The notes beneath the pieces are model-generated. The model did no database searches and had not been told where the DNA came from. It saw only the letters and a program-made list of their open reading frames with translations. The position numbers and the translations under genes were made by a program. This document shows, piece after piece, positions 46,893 through 57,995 of a stretch of DNA of 64,000 nt. The stretch is from a virus (lineage: Duplodnaviria > Caudoviricetes). The stretch lies in IMG/VR virus record IMGVR_UViG_3300028888_000054. The stretch is one strand, 5' to 3'. Positions within the stretch are counted from its first letter, which is position 1. Each line of letters starts with the position of its first letter.

Positions 46893-49800
46893 ATGAAAAT
46901 TAAAGCAATAGATGGTAGCAAACAAATTTATGAAGAAAACGGAGCCCTAAGCAAAGAAATAACAAGTTTCGAAGAAATAAACTTCGAAACAGAAAGAGGT
47001 GTCTCTGCAAAAGCATATAACTCAAATGCTGTAAAAACAGTAAAACCAACAGAAACAACTATTTTTTTTGAAGAAAAGGAATATAATAAGGATAATAAGC
47101 AAAAATACTTAATTGATGATGTTATAAGTAAAAATAAAAAAATGACTTACGCAGCAGTAAAAAACATTGAGGGAAATTTAACTGCTGCAGGAAAGGAAGA
47201 TGTAATTCAAAATAACTACACAAAAGCCGACAGCGGAGTTTTTGTATATAATGGCTTGTCTTCAGAACTACATCAAAAAGATGTTATTGACGGTGCCACT
47301 AAAAGCACAGAAGGTGAAATTGTTATAAAAAAGGCTTCTGGTAGCAGACCAAAAGAATTAAAAAGAGACGAGTATTCTATATTTTCAGACAATAAAGAAA
47401 AGACAGAGTCAGATAATAGTTATTACAATAGAGGTATTAGTGCTAATTTGTTTTCTGGCATTTTAGAAGAAGAAGGCGGAAAATATTGGAATCAAGTTGG
47501 ACAGCAAATAACAAATTCTTTTAAAAATTCTATCTTGAATTATGTTAAGCCTTGGGAAGAATACAACTTTTTTAGCGAAGATTTTTGGAAGGGAACTGCT
47601 AAATCAGAAACAACAAGAACTGCAAATGCTTTTGGTAAAATAAGAAGCCTTAGGGAACTAGAAGAATATAATCTTCAATATAATTGGGACGATAAAAATA
47701 CTGACGATGATAGATTTAAATTACAGTATATACCATTAAACGAACAACTATCAGGCTTTACAACAAGAACTCTAAACCCAAGCATAAATGTTGTTGGTTC
47801 AATGAATGCAGATCATAGGGGGCCACTGGCTTCTCCGTCATATATTAGTTCAATAGATGTCAACAATGCAGATTCCCAGTGGGGAAGATATGGTATCATG
47901 TCCGCTAACGCTGGTATCGGTATTGCTAACCAATTTATAAATAATTTGGGATTATCAAGTACAGCAGAGCTGATAAGTGGTGTAGTTAGAGGGGCTAATT
48001 CAGAAGATTTTCTTGAAGGTTTTGGCGATGTTGTTACATCCGTTTCAATGACAGCGGCAGAGGTACTACAGTTAAATGCAGCAACGGCACAAAACTTTTA
48101 TACCTCTAAGCCAGGAACTTATATAAAATATGGTAAAGCATCTCATAATGAAATAGCAAATATTCACATGTTCCCAAATGCGCCAAATAGAGGCGATTAT
48201 GAATCAAGCTATAAAAAACTTAATATTGGTTCAGTAAGACTTGCGCAAATGACAAGGCTCGGAACTTATGGTTTTTTAAGAAACCTAATGGCAGATTACG
48301 ACGGTATTCCGTTTTATGCAAATGATGAAAACTTTAGGTTTAATTCAACAACAAACTCTTGGGGTACAGAAAGCGTTAGCACTAATCAAACACTTTTTGG
48401 TGTTTCTTCCAATAGTTCAAGCGCAGAAGTGGCAGAAATGATTGCCAGCTTAATGAATAAAAACAACACTTATAAAGAGCTTGGAAGAATTTATATAAAA
48501 ATAAACCCAACTTTAAAAATAAGCAGCCCACAGGAAATTCCTTTTGAGTTTACACCAATAATAAATGAAAATGCAAACGTTGCTAAATATCAAAGCGAAT
48601 CTCTTCTTGGAAGAATTGGTGCTTGGCATATGTATACAGGAACAGATTTGGGAGGAATCACTCTTACAACAACCTATATGCCATTAGCTCCAGATTCATT
48701 AGATGAAAGAGAAAACGCTAATAAAAATAAACAGTTTGGTTTAGATAACTGGCAGTATTATTGGACACAGAATAGAATAAACCAAATAGAACTTTTGTAT
48801 AGAAGTTTGGTTTTGCCAACATATGGAAAAGATTTAATAAAGCCACCAATAATAGAAATAGAACTTGGTGAAAAAAATAGCAATTCATTGGATAATTTTT
48901 TTAAACACCCTATCGGCGGTTTAGAAGAAGTACAAAACAATAACCAAGAAGAAGGAGCTGTCAACAGTTTAACATATAGTGAAGAATCTAAAAAATATTT
49001 AAAATACACAAAATATTTTAACAAAAGCGAAGAAGGATATAAAAGAATAAGAAAATCTTATATTGTAACCTCTTGTCAATTTTTACCAATTAGTGAAGAG
49101 GGTTATTATAATATGTATGGTGCTTATAGATCTAATTATAACAAAAGCTTAAGTACTACACTTGAACAAAAAAATAGATCTTTTCATACAGTAGAAAGCA
49201 ACGACGGAAAGGGTTGGCTATATGGAGTAACATCCAGAGGATTCAAAGTAACTATACAATGTTTAGAAATAAAAGAAAACATAATGGATCTATATCCAGA
49301 TTTTAAATACTACTATGATTCTGTAAATAGCTTGGAAAAAAACTTTACTGCAGTTGGGCCAGCAACAGATAAACTAACTAATGAACAAATAGAAGCTATA
49401 TCAAATATGGGAATTGAGTATTTAGGAAGTAACTCTCAAGCCCAATTAAAAATGCTTTTGGATAATGTATTAAAGCGCTTCAAGGCAAAAAGTGTAGCGG
49501 GAAATATAAAAAACAAGGTTTGGAAAATTAGTAGATTCTTTTACAATAATACACCTTCTTTTTATAAAAATTTTGGTACATCAGAAAATACAAACGAGAC
49601 GGGAACAGGTGGAAGCAACTATGAATATAATGATTCTGGAAAGATAGGTGGACGTGATGTTTTAGACTTTAAAAATGACAATCATTTCCGTTCATTTAAT
49701 GAATTTGCAAGCCAAAACACAAATGGTAAAAAAACCCTAAAGGAAATAATGAAGGCCGCAAATTCAAAAATGCTTGACAGTGAATATAAAAACTTTTTTC

Positions 49801-51266
49801 AGTATGAGCCTGATGTAGAACTTATACCAAGTAGCGATAGTAAATACTTTTCAACTGAATCGGAAAGCAATATAAAAGCCATGTTTGCTGTAAAAGGTGT
49901 CGGCTCAAAAGTAAGAGGTGGCAATGGAGAAGGATGTATTGTTTATGAATTGGATAAAAAAGTAAAAGAAGAGGGTGACCTTAAAGATTTTTTTGAAAAT
50001 GCAAATGGTGAACTAAACAATATAAAAAATAATATAGAAACAGCGTTTCCAGATTTTGTAGATTCTTATAGCGATCCAGGTTCTTTTATGACTGTTTTGA
50101 AAAAAAGAGTTGCATCAAGTGAAGTAAGTGAAATACAAATTTCAACAAAAGCAATAAACGAATACACACCAGAAAAGCCAGCTGAAGGAGAAGAGGCAAA
50201 AGAAGATGATATACAAAAACAAATAAAAGACTATGAACAAGATTTGCATATAACACGAACCAAGGTATCATTAGATGAATTAGGAAATTTATTAGATAAA
50301 GAGAAACAAGGTGGAGATTTTAGAATAGAAGGTGTTTTGGGACACTTTAAAAATACAAACAGAAAATCCTCAGCTCTACAGGTTGTAAACACTGCTTTAA
50401 AAACCGTTGATAACAATATAGATGTTTTAAACGGTAAAGGTAGAAAAGCTTTTCAGGCTATATCTATTAGTGGCGAAACAGCTCTCTTTACTAATATGCT
50501 AAAACCAATAACGGTAAGTTTTCAAAAAACATTTATAAGCGGGGAAGATAATAGTAAAAAATTTACAAAAAAATACGCAATGACCTTAAAAATAAAAATT
50601 AAGGAAACAAATATATATAAGGCAGAAGTTATAAATATAAGTGATGTAATTTCTTCAACATATCAATCATTAATAGCATCTTCTAAACTAGCTGTTATTA
50701 AATACCTGCAGGAAGACGTGTGTGGTAATAATAAACAACTGAAAGAAGTTGGGGAAAATGTAGTGACTATAGTAAATAAACTTAATAACAATAGCACAAT
50801 TGAAGAAATTGATGGAGCCATCCAAACACTACAAAGTTTCTGCAATCCAGATCAGGCAAACAAAGAAATAGTTAACAATCTCGGTGGAAAATGCGGTAAC
50901 GAATTGTTTAACAACTATCCAGGAGCGCAGCCAGAATGGAAAGAAAGCAATATAAGTAAAGATGTAAGTATATTAAAATCTTATACACTAAAAGGAGAAG
51001 GACAAACTGGAGGAACAGCCGCTCTTAGTAATATAGAATATAACGAAGCAACTGAAACATTTCAATCAAGCCCGAGCAAAAGCATGGGAAATAATGACGC
51101 TGCTTCTGATATTAAAGCGAGTGAATGGGAAAATCTTAAATCGGCAATAGAAAGCGGAAATGGAACTGGTAATAAGCCAACTATTTATAGCGTAGTAGAA
51201 AAAATATATAATGAGCAACTTGAAATAGAAAAAATAGGAAGGTTGCAAGGACTTAATTTAAAATGA
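46893..51266 (+). CDS. Large baseplate/tail protein with a central tube-initiator-like domain
   Basis: IPFEFTP...LLGR...YTGT...RSLVLPTY...PPII segment; lies between the TMP and gp53-like genes. Confidence 0.5.
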   Translation: MKIKAIDGSKQIYEENGALSKEITSFEEINFETERGVSAKAYNSNAVKTVKPTETTIFFEEKEYNKDNKQKYLIDDVISKNKKMTYAAVKNIEGNLTAAGKEDVIQNNYTKADSGVFVYNGLSSELHQKDVIDGATKSTEGEIVIKKASGSRPKELKRDEYSIFSDNKEKTESDNSYYNRGISANLFSGILEEEGGKYWNQVGQQITNSFKNSILNYVKPWEEYNFFSEDFWKGTAKSETTRTANAFGKIRSLRELEEYNLQYNWDDKNTDDDRFKLQYIPLNEQLSGFTTRTLNPSINVVGSMNADHRGPLASPSYISSIDVNNADSQWGRYGIMSANAGIGIANQFINNLGLSSTAELISGVVRGANSEDFLEGFGDVVTSVSMTAAEVLQLNAATAQNFYTSKPGTYIKYGKASHNEIANIHMFPNAPNRGDYESSYKKLNIGSVRLAQMTRLGTYGFLRNLMADYDGIPFYANDENFRFNSTTNSWGTESVSTNQTLFGVSSNSSSAEVAEMIASLMNKNNTYKELGRIYIKINPTLKISSPQEIPFEFTPIINENANVAKYQSESLLGRIGAWHMYTGTDLGGITLTTTYMPLAPDSLDERENANKNKQFGLDNWQYYWTQNRINQIELLYRSLVLPTYGKDLIKPPIIEIELGEKNSNSLDNFFKHPIGGLEEVQNNNQEEGAVNSLTYSEESKKYLKYTKYFNKSEEGYKRIRKSYIVTSCQFLPISEEGYYNMYGAYRSNYNKSLSTTLEQKNRSFHTVESNDGKGWLYGVTSRGFKVTIQCLEIKENIMDLYPDFKYYYDSVNSLEKNFTAVGPATDKLTNEQIEAISNMGIEYLGSNSQAQLKMLLDNVLKRFKAKSVAGNIKNKVWKISRFFYNNTPSFYKNFGTSENTNETGTGGSNYEYNDSGKIGGRDVLDFKNDNHFRSFNEFASQNTNGKKTLKEIMKAANSKMLDSEYKNFFQYEPDVELIPSSDSKYFSTESESNIKAMFAVKGVGSKVRGGNGEGCIVYELDKKVKEEGDLKDFFENANGELNNIKNNIETAFPDFVDSYSDPGSFMTVLKKRVASSEVSEIQISTKAINEYTPEKPAEGEEAKEDDIQKQIKDYEQDLHITRTKVSLDELGNLLDKEKQGGDFRIEGVLGHFKNTNRKSSALQVVNTALKTVDNNIDVLNGKGRKAFQAISISGETALFTNMLKPITVSFQKTFISGEDNSKKFTKKYAMTLKIKIKETNIYKAEVINISDVISSTYQSLIASSKLAVIKYLQEDVCGNNKQLKEVGENVVTIVNKLNNNSTIEEIDGAIQTLQSFCNPDQANKEIVNNLGGKCGNELFNNYPGAQPEWKESNISKDVSILKSYTLKGEGQTGGTAALSNIEYNEATETFQSSPSKSMGNNDAASDIKASEWENLKSAIESGNGTGNKPTIYSVVEKIYNEQLEIEKIGRLQGLNLK

Positions 51267-51559
51267 AAACTGACTATTTAGAAACAATTTTTTGTAAAGA
51301 CTTAAATACAAACATTAAAGCCTTTGTTGGTAAAAAAAATATAGACATTCTCCAAGAAGATACCACTACATTTACTATACCATCTGGTATGGAGTTTAGA
51401 CCAGATAAAATAGCAGCTTACTTATACGGGGACGACACTATTAGCTGGGTTTTAGACTTGACAAATAATTTTACAGATGGTATAAAAGAATATTATTTAT
51501 ATAGGCAAATTCTCGTGCCTAGTATAAAAAGTATAGAAAATTTATCATTGGAGGAATAA
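51263..51559 (+). CDS. Baseplate wedge protein (gp53/LysM-like)
   Basis: RPDKIAAYLYGD...WVL..N motif. Confidence 0.75.
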   Translation: MKTDYLETIFCKDLNTNIKAFVGKKNIDILQEDTTTFTIPSGMEFRPDKIAAYLYGDDTISWVLDLTNNFTDGIKEYYLYRQILVPSIKSIENLSLEE

Positions 51560-52722
51560 TGATTTATAGATGTTTGGTTGTTGACAACTCAGACTTTTTT
51601 AAAATTGGAAAAATAAGAGTAAGATTGTTTAGTGAAACAATGCCAGTTGAAAAACTAAAAGATTTAAGTTCAGATCCTAAAAAAAGAGTAGATGAATATT
51701 CAAACACTTTTGAAGATGCGGAACTTGCCACTTATAACACTACTATTGGAAAAGTAGATGTTTATGCTACACTAACAACGCCAATAGGTGGTGCAAATGA
51801 TTATGGCTTATGGTATCTTCCTCAACCTAACACCTGGGGCATCGTCTCAGACCTTTGTGGTTATGCAGATGGAGAGTATGTTTGGCTTGGAGCAACATAT
51901 CCTGTTGAACCGTTATCTGATAGGCTTAATGAAGTAATAAATTATGTTGGCGCTCCATCTGACACAGACGAGGAAAATAAATCAAACCTAATGAAAGATG
52001 GAACTATCAACTTAGAAGATAAAAACTCTATAGTCTTAAAAACAAAAAGCGCAGAGGTTGTAAGAGATGGCGAAGGAAATATTGACCAAGAAGAAAGCTC
52101 TAAAAAATTAAGCTGGTCTGTAAAACCAATGGAAAATATGATTATAATAAACGGAAATGAAATTGTTATTAAACATATAACCAACGAAGAAACAGACGAT
52201 GGCTCAAAAAGAACAAACGATGCCACAATAAAACTAAAAGACTCAAACTTATACCTTGAAGTAAAAGATACAGAGGGGAAAAACAATTTATCAACTTCTT
52301 TTGATTTACAAAATCTATCTATAAAGAACACAGTGTTTACCACAGACGATTCTAATAATACAATTTTAAACGAAATAATTTGCGATTCTAATAAAACAGA
52401 AATAAGCTACGTTGAAGCTTCTGAATCTTCCGAAAAAAGCAACTGTAATGTGTTAATAGGAAAGCGACAAAGCGGTTATGGCGACACTACTGATTCTGTT
52501 ATAAGTATGACGCAAGCGGCTGGTAATGGTAAATATAATGAAATAACAATGAATAAAAAAACTATAAATATAATTGCCGCGGAAGACGTTGTTCTGCAGC
52601 CTGGAAACGGCGGAAAGGTTTGTATAGGTGATACCGATTCACCAGTTTTAATTTCCCCAACTGGAGGGGATGTAAAAGTAGGAACTATAACAATTCCTAC
52701 TTCTAAATTTCTTAAAGCATAA
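51559..52722 (+). CDS. Baseplate central spike (gp5/gpV OB fold plus beta-helix)
   Basis: VVDNSD...GKIRVRL, GLWYLPQ, VWLG; beta-strand-rich C-terminus. Confidence 0.7.
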   Translation: MIYRCLVVDNSDFFKIGKIRVRLFSETMPVEKLKDLSSDPKKRVDEYSNTFEDAELATYNTTIGKVDVYATLTTPIGGANDYGLWYLPQPNTWGIVSDLCGYADGEYVWLGATYPVEPLSDRLNEVINYVGAPSDTDEENKSNLMKDGTINLEDKNSIVLKTKSAEVVRDGEGNIDQEESSKKLSWSVKPMENMIIINGNEIVIKHITNEETDDGSKRTNDATIKLKDSNLYLEVKDTEGKNNLSTSFDLQNLSIKNTVFTTDDSNNTILNEIICDSNKTEISYVEASESSEKSNCNVLIGKRQSGYGDTTDSVISMTQAAGNGKYNEITMNKKTINIIAAEDVVLQPGNGGKVCIGDTDSPVLISPTGGDVKVGTITIPTSKFLKA

Positions 52723-52723
52723 T

Positions 52724-52751
52724 AAAAAGGCTGGTTTAAACCAGCCTTTTG
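52724..52751. terminator. Bidirectional terminator
   Basis: AAAAGGCTGGTTTAAACCAGCCTTTT. Confidence 0.8.
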
Positions 52752-52753
52752 TT

Positions 52754-53392
52754 TTAAAACTCTGCATCAAAAATTTCTTTAAATGTCCTACCTTTTTTTA
52801 CTGGTTCCTCAAAACCTTCATAAACTGTATTAGTAACTGCTTTCTGACAAGAAGGAGTTCCTACTACATCAATAGAAATAATTTTTAAACCAGGCTGAAC
52901 TTCAACGGCGTTGCTAACACCTTCAGCAAGTGGGCCGTGATAAGGTTTAACCTTTCCAGAACATCTTGTAGAGAAACAAATTTTAAACCCAGATTTTGCC
53001 AACTTTTCAACTGTCTGACCAGCTTCTGTAAGAGTAGGAATAGCCTTTCCTACAATTTGACCCTTTTCTTCATTCCAAGAAAGCTCTGGGAATGTAACAG
53101 CGATTCTTTCAAGGTGGCACTTAGCATCTGAAGCGTGTTCAAGCTCTCCATAAATAGGCTGACCACTAGCAATAGATTCGTTCCAAGCATTTTCGAATGC
53201 TTCTTTAAGAATATGTTTAGGATAGATTCTATGGTTTCTGTTCATTTTATCTGCTTCAGAAAATACGCCTCTAAAACAAATAGATTTTTTACCATCTCTA
53301 ATCTCTTCTTCTGCTAAAATAGCTCCATCTATACTAAAATCTTCGCTAATAAGGTTTTCATCAGTTGACTGTTCATTAATCATGTTTTCCAT
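52754..53392 (-). CDS. gp21: Prohead core protease (T4 gp21 family)
   Basis: NRNHRIYP, GELEH, FSTRCSG, IDVVGTPS. Confidence 0.9.
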   Translation of the reverse strand: MENMINEQSTDENLISEDFSIDGAILAEEEIRDGKKSICFRGVFSEADKMNRNHRIYPKHILKEAFENAWNESIASGQPIYGELEHASDAKCHLERIAVTFPELSWNEEKGQIVGKAIPTLTEAGQTVEKLAKSGFKICFSTRCSGKVKPYHGPLAEGVSNAVEVQPGLKIISIDVVGTPSCQKAVTNTVYEGFEEPVKKGRTFKEIFDAEF

Positions 53393-53511
53393 AAACACCT
53401 CTTATTATATTAACTTTGCAAAAAAATAAAAAAATTTGATTATTTTTTAAAAGGAGGATCTTCGATTAAAAAATAATAATTGCTATTATAAGTTAATTAA
53501 TATAATGGAGA

Positions 53512-54009
53512 ATGCAAATGGCAACATTACAGGATATTTTTAATAAAGTTCAGTATGGTGAAGAATACTGCAAATTTAAGCAGATTAAAGAATCTATTGA
53601 AAATAATTATGATAGAGATACAGACATCTTTCATGCATCAGGAAGGATTAAAGATCTTTGTAAAGGCGTGACTCTCGAAGAAGAATTTGAAAAAATCGTA
53701 GATCACATCTGCAACAAAATAGAACTTGTTGAGAACAGACTTTACAATGAAGATGTTATGAGTCCACAATATAAAAAAATTCAAGCAACTTCTATCTTGG
53801 AAGACTGCAATAAAATTATAGCAAAGTCTAATAAAAGAGGAACTTATGAGACACTTCCATCTAAGCTTGAATTTGGAAAAATTGTGGCAACAGCAAAATA
53901 CTTTGTAGAAACATATCTTGACACAGAAACAGTTCTTAAAGAATCTACAAACGCTGAATTTAATAAGTTTATAAACGAAGAAAGATATAACATAGAACAG
54001 GTGTTGTAA
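53512..54009 (+). CDS. Hypothetical protein, possible prohead core component
   Basis: Late motif plus GGAG RBS; L-x-E sites. Confidence 0.55.
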   Translation: MQMATLQDIFNKVQYGEEYCKFKQIKESIENNYDRDTDIFHASGRIKDLCKGVTLEEEFEKIVDHICNKIELVENRLYNEDVMSPQYKKIQATSILEDCNKIIAKSNKRGTYETLPSKLEFGKIVATAKYFVETYLDTETVLKESTNAEFNKFINEERYNIEQVL

Positions 54010-54761
54010 TGGCAAAAGTAATTCTTGAAGATAACGAAAAAGAAGTTATAGGCGCCGCTTATAAACACTTCAAGAAAGAATATAAACATAAGCGCATTAA
54101 CCATTCGGTTATAACAGAAGAAAAAAATAACGAAGTAATAACCGAAGGGTTAAAGTATTTTAAAACTTCTGAACGTTTATATAAACTAGCTTTAAAACTA
54201 GAAAGAAGAGCAAAACAAAATCAAAACATACTCGAAACAGCAAAAAAGGTAAATGCATTAGGAAACAAATTTGAGTATATAGAAGACCTATACGCTGTAG
54301 GTAAAAAAGAAGAAGCTAAAACACAATATAAAGATTTGTGTAATAAATACCTAGAGCTGCTAAAGCTTTTAAAAAAAGAAGAAGTAAAAGCCGCTTTAAG
54401 AACAGCTGGTAGCTTAGCTTTAACAGTTGCAAGTATGACAATTCCATTTATGGCAATGAATAAATTTTTCCCGCAATTATCACTTAAAGCCATAGAAAAT
54501 AATACCGTTAGTAATGGATTATCTGCTGTAGAACAAGCACATGTTAAAACTTTAGGCAGGGCAAAATTATATCTAGAAAGAGCAGGGGCTTTTACATTAT
54601 GTGGTTTACCAGTAAAAGCAGCTTCGAAAGCTCTTAAGGTTGGTTTTGACGCTGACGAGCTTAAAGTATTAAAATCAGTAGATAGAATGTTAAAAGATAC
54701 AGAAAGAGAACACTCTATTTATGATAATAATGCTGGTGAGCCAGATATGCAGTTATCATAA
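54009..54761 (+). CDS. Hypothetical protein, possible internal head protein
   Basis: VILED / VITEE / VITEG sites near the N-terminus; hydrophobic segment. Confidence 0.55.
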   Translation: MAKVILEDNEKEVIGAAYKHFKKEYKHKRINHSVITEEKNNEVITEGLKYFKTSERLYKLALKLERRAKQNQNILETAKKVNALGNKFEYIEDLYAVGKKEEAKTQYKDLCNKYLELLKLLKKEEVKAALRTAGSLALTVASMTIPFMAMNKFFPQLSLKAIENNTVSNGLSAVEQAHVKTLGRAKLYLERAGAFTLCGLPVKAASKALKVGFDADELKVLKSVDRMLKDTEREHSIYDNNAGEPDMQLS

Positions 54762-54789
54762 AACAAGTTAAAGAAAGAAAGGAGAAACG

Positions 54790-54954
54790 ATGGAAGAGTT
54801 AGAAAAGAAAGAACCCGACCAACAGGAAGTTAAAGAATTCTACAAACAGATCTGCCTTAGAAAAATGGACTATTTGGTAAATTATGATGAATATCAAATA
54901 GAAGATTTTAAGAAAAAAGCCTTAAATTTAGCAAAACAATTATTAGAAATATAA
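54790..54954 (+). CDS. Small hypothetical protein, 54 aa (MEELEKKEPDQQ...)
   Basis: Read manually; AAGGAG RBS context identical to that of the next gene. Confidence 0.6.
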   Translation: MEELEKKEPDQQEVKEFYKQICLRKMDYLVNYDEYQIEDFKKKALNLAKQLLEI

Positions 54955-54967
54955 CAAAGGAGAAACG

Positions 54968-55858
54968 ATGGAAAACTTAGAAGATGCAAAAAAAATGCCA
55001 GAAATTGATCTTACAAAGGTTGCAAACGCAGAAGCTTTAAAAGCAACAGGAGACCAGTTTTCAAGAACAATACAAGAAAGTGGCTCTGTAGAAAACGCAA
55101 GAGCAAAAGCAAAAAAGAAGTTCTGCTTTGATGAAGCAGTATCATTTATGCTACCTTCTGGTGGAAGATTTTATCAGGATTCACCAGATAAAGATTTGAG
55201 AGAAGGAATTATCAAACTAAGACCAATGTCTTTGGCAGATGAGGAAATCCTTACAAACAAAGCTTACAGCAAAAATGGCTCTACATTTAGAGTTCTTTTT
55301 GATACTTGTATGGCTTCTAACTATGAAGCTAAAAAATTGCTAGCTTTTGATTCCGTATATATAATGTATATCCTTAGAAAAATTTCTTATGGAGATGACT
55401 ATACATTTGAAATCACTTGTGGAGACTGTGATAACAAATTTGAACATACATTAAATATTTCAGATATAGAATGGGAAGAGTTTAGCGATGACGTTGTAGA
55501 CGTAAGAGAAATCAAACTTCCAAGATCTCAGTTTACAGTAACAATGAGACTCCCAAGACTCGAAACAGAAGAAGCAGCAGAAAAATTTAAGCAGCAGCAC
55601 TCAAAAAACAAACTTGTTTCAGATACAGTTGCCGCTTTTATTTCAAGAACTCTTTCTATAAAAGACGAAAATGATGAAGAAATTGATCCAAAAGATTGGA
55701 TAGACTTCTTTGCTTCACTTCCAGCAATTGATAAAACAGAAATAAATAAGTCTTTCAAAGGAACTTCAAACTCTCCTACATTTACAGCAATATGCCCAGA
55801 ATGTGGAAACGAAATGACAATGAGTGTTCCTATCCAAGAAGACTTTTTTCGTGCATGA
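54968..55858 (+). CDS. Baseplate hub/tail assembly chaperone (T4 gp26-like)
   Basis: LPSGG, RPM..ADEEIL, LRKISYG, CxxC twice, C-terminal FF. Confidence 0.8.
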   Translation: MENLEDAKKMPEIDLTKVANAEALKATGDQFSRTIQESGSVENARAKAKKKFCFDEAVSFMLPSGGRFYQDSPDKDLREGIIKLRPMSLADEEILTNKAYSKNGSTFRVLFDTCMASNYEAKKLLAFDSVYIMYILRKISYGDDYTFEITCGDCDNKFEHTLNISDIEWEEFSDDVVDVREIKLPRSQFTVTMRLPRLETEEAAEKFKQQHSKNKLVSDTVAAFISRTLSIKDENDEEIDPKDWIDFFASLPAIDKTEINKSFKGTSNSPTFTAICPECGNEMTMSVPIQEDFFRA

Positions 55859-56084
55859 TGCTAGAAGTCTTTTAGATATAAGACTTACAATTATGGCCCT
55901 GGTGAAATATGGTTTTACCAGAGAAGAAGTTTATTGGATGCCAATAACAGAATGCAATGATTATATTAAAATAATTAATCAGCAAAGAGAAGACGAACAA
56001 ATGGCTACAATGGAACAACAACAGCCAGCAGAAAAAGATGAACCAAAAACATTCAGAGATGTTTTTAGGGGTGGAATACAATAA
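55824..56084 (+). CDS. gp51-like / chaperone extension, possibly reached by frameshift
   Basis: GFTREEVYWMP motif; +1 frame overlap across TTTTTTC; no clear RBS. Confidence 0.6.
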   Translation: MFLSKKTFFVHDARSLLDIRLTIMALVKYGFTREEVYWMPITECNDYIKIINQQREDEQMATMEQQQPAEKDEPKTFRDVFRGGIQ

Positions 56085-56121
56085 TAAATAAAGCCGTCAA
56101 TTAAGACGGCTTTATTTATTT
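56085..56121 (+). terminator. Terminator hairpin
   Basis: AATAAAGCCGTC / GACGGCTTTATT. Confidence 0.75.
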
Positions 56122-56134
56122 AAGAGTTAAAAGT

Positions 56135-57994
56135 ATGAGATGGAAAATAAAATCAATTACCGCTGTAGAAAAAAATGATGAATTAATAACTACAACAAAT
56201 AAAGTATTTACAATAACAGTGGGAGATATAGCAGGTGTAGCAAGAACAGCCTCTGGAGCACTAAAAGCACTCGGAGCAAATATTGGAAACTTTATAAAAA
56301 CAATAAATGATCCAAATAACCCTGCAAGTCTAATGTCAGCAGCACAAGTAGCAACAGTTAATGCCCTTAACTCTTTAATACAGCCAATGGCTGTTGTAGC
56401 ACAGGGGATGGAAATATATAAAAAAGTAATGAAGACTGCCAGCGTAGTATCCCCTATTCTTCAAATGGTTGCTAGAGCTTCTGGTGTTTGGTGCTCTCCA
56501 GGTAATGCTGTCGATATAGCAGATATAATTGGTGGAACAATTATAGAAGTTCTTTCAAGTTTAGCAATGTCTGCCTTCTTAATGCTTAAAGAATGGATTT
56601 GGAATTATGAATTTGAATTGTGGTCAACCAATGTTGTTAACATATCTAAAATCACAAAAGCCATAAAGAAACTATCAGACCACCTTAATAAAGAAACTAC
56701 TAGTTGGTTAGAAGAAACTGGTAGCAAAGCCGACCCAGAAGAAGTAAATAGAATAATGTCTGACGACAAATATAAAGAAACAACTGTAGTCTATCCATTA
56801 GAAAACGCTGATTATAGCTTTAATAGCTTTGGTGAGTTGTCAACTTGGGATAAATCATCTTATTATAAAACAATTAAAAAGATAGAAGATAAAAATTACC
56901 CAAGAATGTTAAGAGGTAGTAATAATGACTGCGGAATTCAGTATTCAGACGATGATGGAATAACTTGGAAAAACACTCAACAACTAACTGGTTCATTTTG
57001 CTGCTTTGCTAAATTAGTAACAGAGGAAGAAGATAGTTATAAAATAACATACTTTGCGGCTTCTGCTCCTTATATAAAATCTGTTGTTAAAACATCAGAT
57101 GAAAAGTTTAGCACAATGGAATCAAGCATACAGAATATAAGCAAATACAATAAGCCTTATTATGATGAGCAAAAAAGACAGCTAACAAAAAGACAGAAAG
57201 ATGTTAAAAGCATTGCAGAGGCTTATGAACCAGATATAGAAACCACTATAAAAGCAGCTGGATTATATAAGTCTGAAGATGACGGAATAACCTGGACACA
57301 AGTGGAAAATATGAAAGAAGGCTATTATGGAAAACTAATAGAGTTTTACAAAAAGAAAGATTATGGTTTTACACTTGTAGCTGCTTCTTATGGTGAAGAT
57401 GAGTATAAAGGAATTTACTGGACAAGAAATGGGGACGATTGGACAAGATCGAAAGTAAATGTTATTAATGAAGACGACTCTAGTTCTTTAGAGGATTCCG
57501 AGGTTAAGTGGCCAAACATATCAATAGTTGATGATAATTTTATTGTAAGAGCCTACCCAAATCCAATGCAGGCTGCCGCAATAGAAAAAGCTGTTCCATT
57601 TATAAGAAGAGAAGATAGAGAGCCAGAAAGCTTTGAACAAAGTTTTACTATGGATGTAAAAATTACTAATGTTATTATACCAGAGTGGATAGCAATGTTT
57701 AAAGAGATTTCAGATGTGGTTCATAGAGTTACAGAAAGCAATATATCACATCTGCTTAACGAAGAGGAAACAGCAGTAAAGGCTGCCAATATGTTAATAC
57801 TTTGTTCTGAAAAGCTTTGGGGAAGAATAACTCATTCTTTAAATGAAGAAGTTTTAATAGGTGATGTAAGCTGGTTCTCAATAGCACAAATAACAACTAT
57901 TGGACCAAAACCTACAATAGGAGACAACATAGGAAGAAGATTACCAATTGGTAAAACAAACATAAGCAATATGAGTGTAGAGATTAGGAGTTAA
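56135..57994 (+). CDS. Virion-associated protein with Asp-box (BNR) repeats
   Basis: SDDDGITW, SEDDGITW, TRNGDDW. Confidence 0.6.
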   Translation: MRWKIKSITAVEKNDELITTTNKVFTITVGDIAGVARTASGALKALGANIGNFIKTINDPNNPASLMSAAQVATVNALNSLIQPMAVVAQGMEIYKKVMKTASVVSPILQMVARASGVWCSPGNAVDIADIIGGTIIEVLSSLAMSAFLMLKEWIWNYEFELWSTNVVNISKITKAIKKLSDHLNKETTSWLEETGSKADPEEVNRIMSDDKYKETTVVYPLENADYSFNSFGELSTWDKSSYYKTIKKIEDKNYPRMLRGSNNDCGIQYSDDDGITWKNTQQLTGSFCCFAKLVTEEEDSYKITYFAASAPYIKSVVKTSDEKFSTMESSIQNISKYNKPYYDEQKRQLTKRQKDVKSIAEAYEPDIETTIKAAGLYKSEDDGITWTQVENMKEGYYGKLIEFYKKKDYGFTLVAASYGEDEYKGIYWTRNGDDWTRSKVNVINEDDSSSLEDSEVKWPNISIVDDNFIVRAYPNPMQAAAIEKAVPFIRREDREPESFEQSFTMDVKITNVIIPEWIAMFKEISDVVHRVTESNISHLLNEEETAVKAANMLILCSEKLWGRITHSLNEEVLIGDVSWFSIAQITTIGPKPTIGDNIGRRLPIGKTNISNMSVEIRS

Positions 57995-57995
57995 A

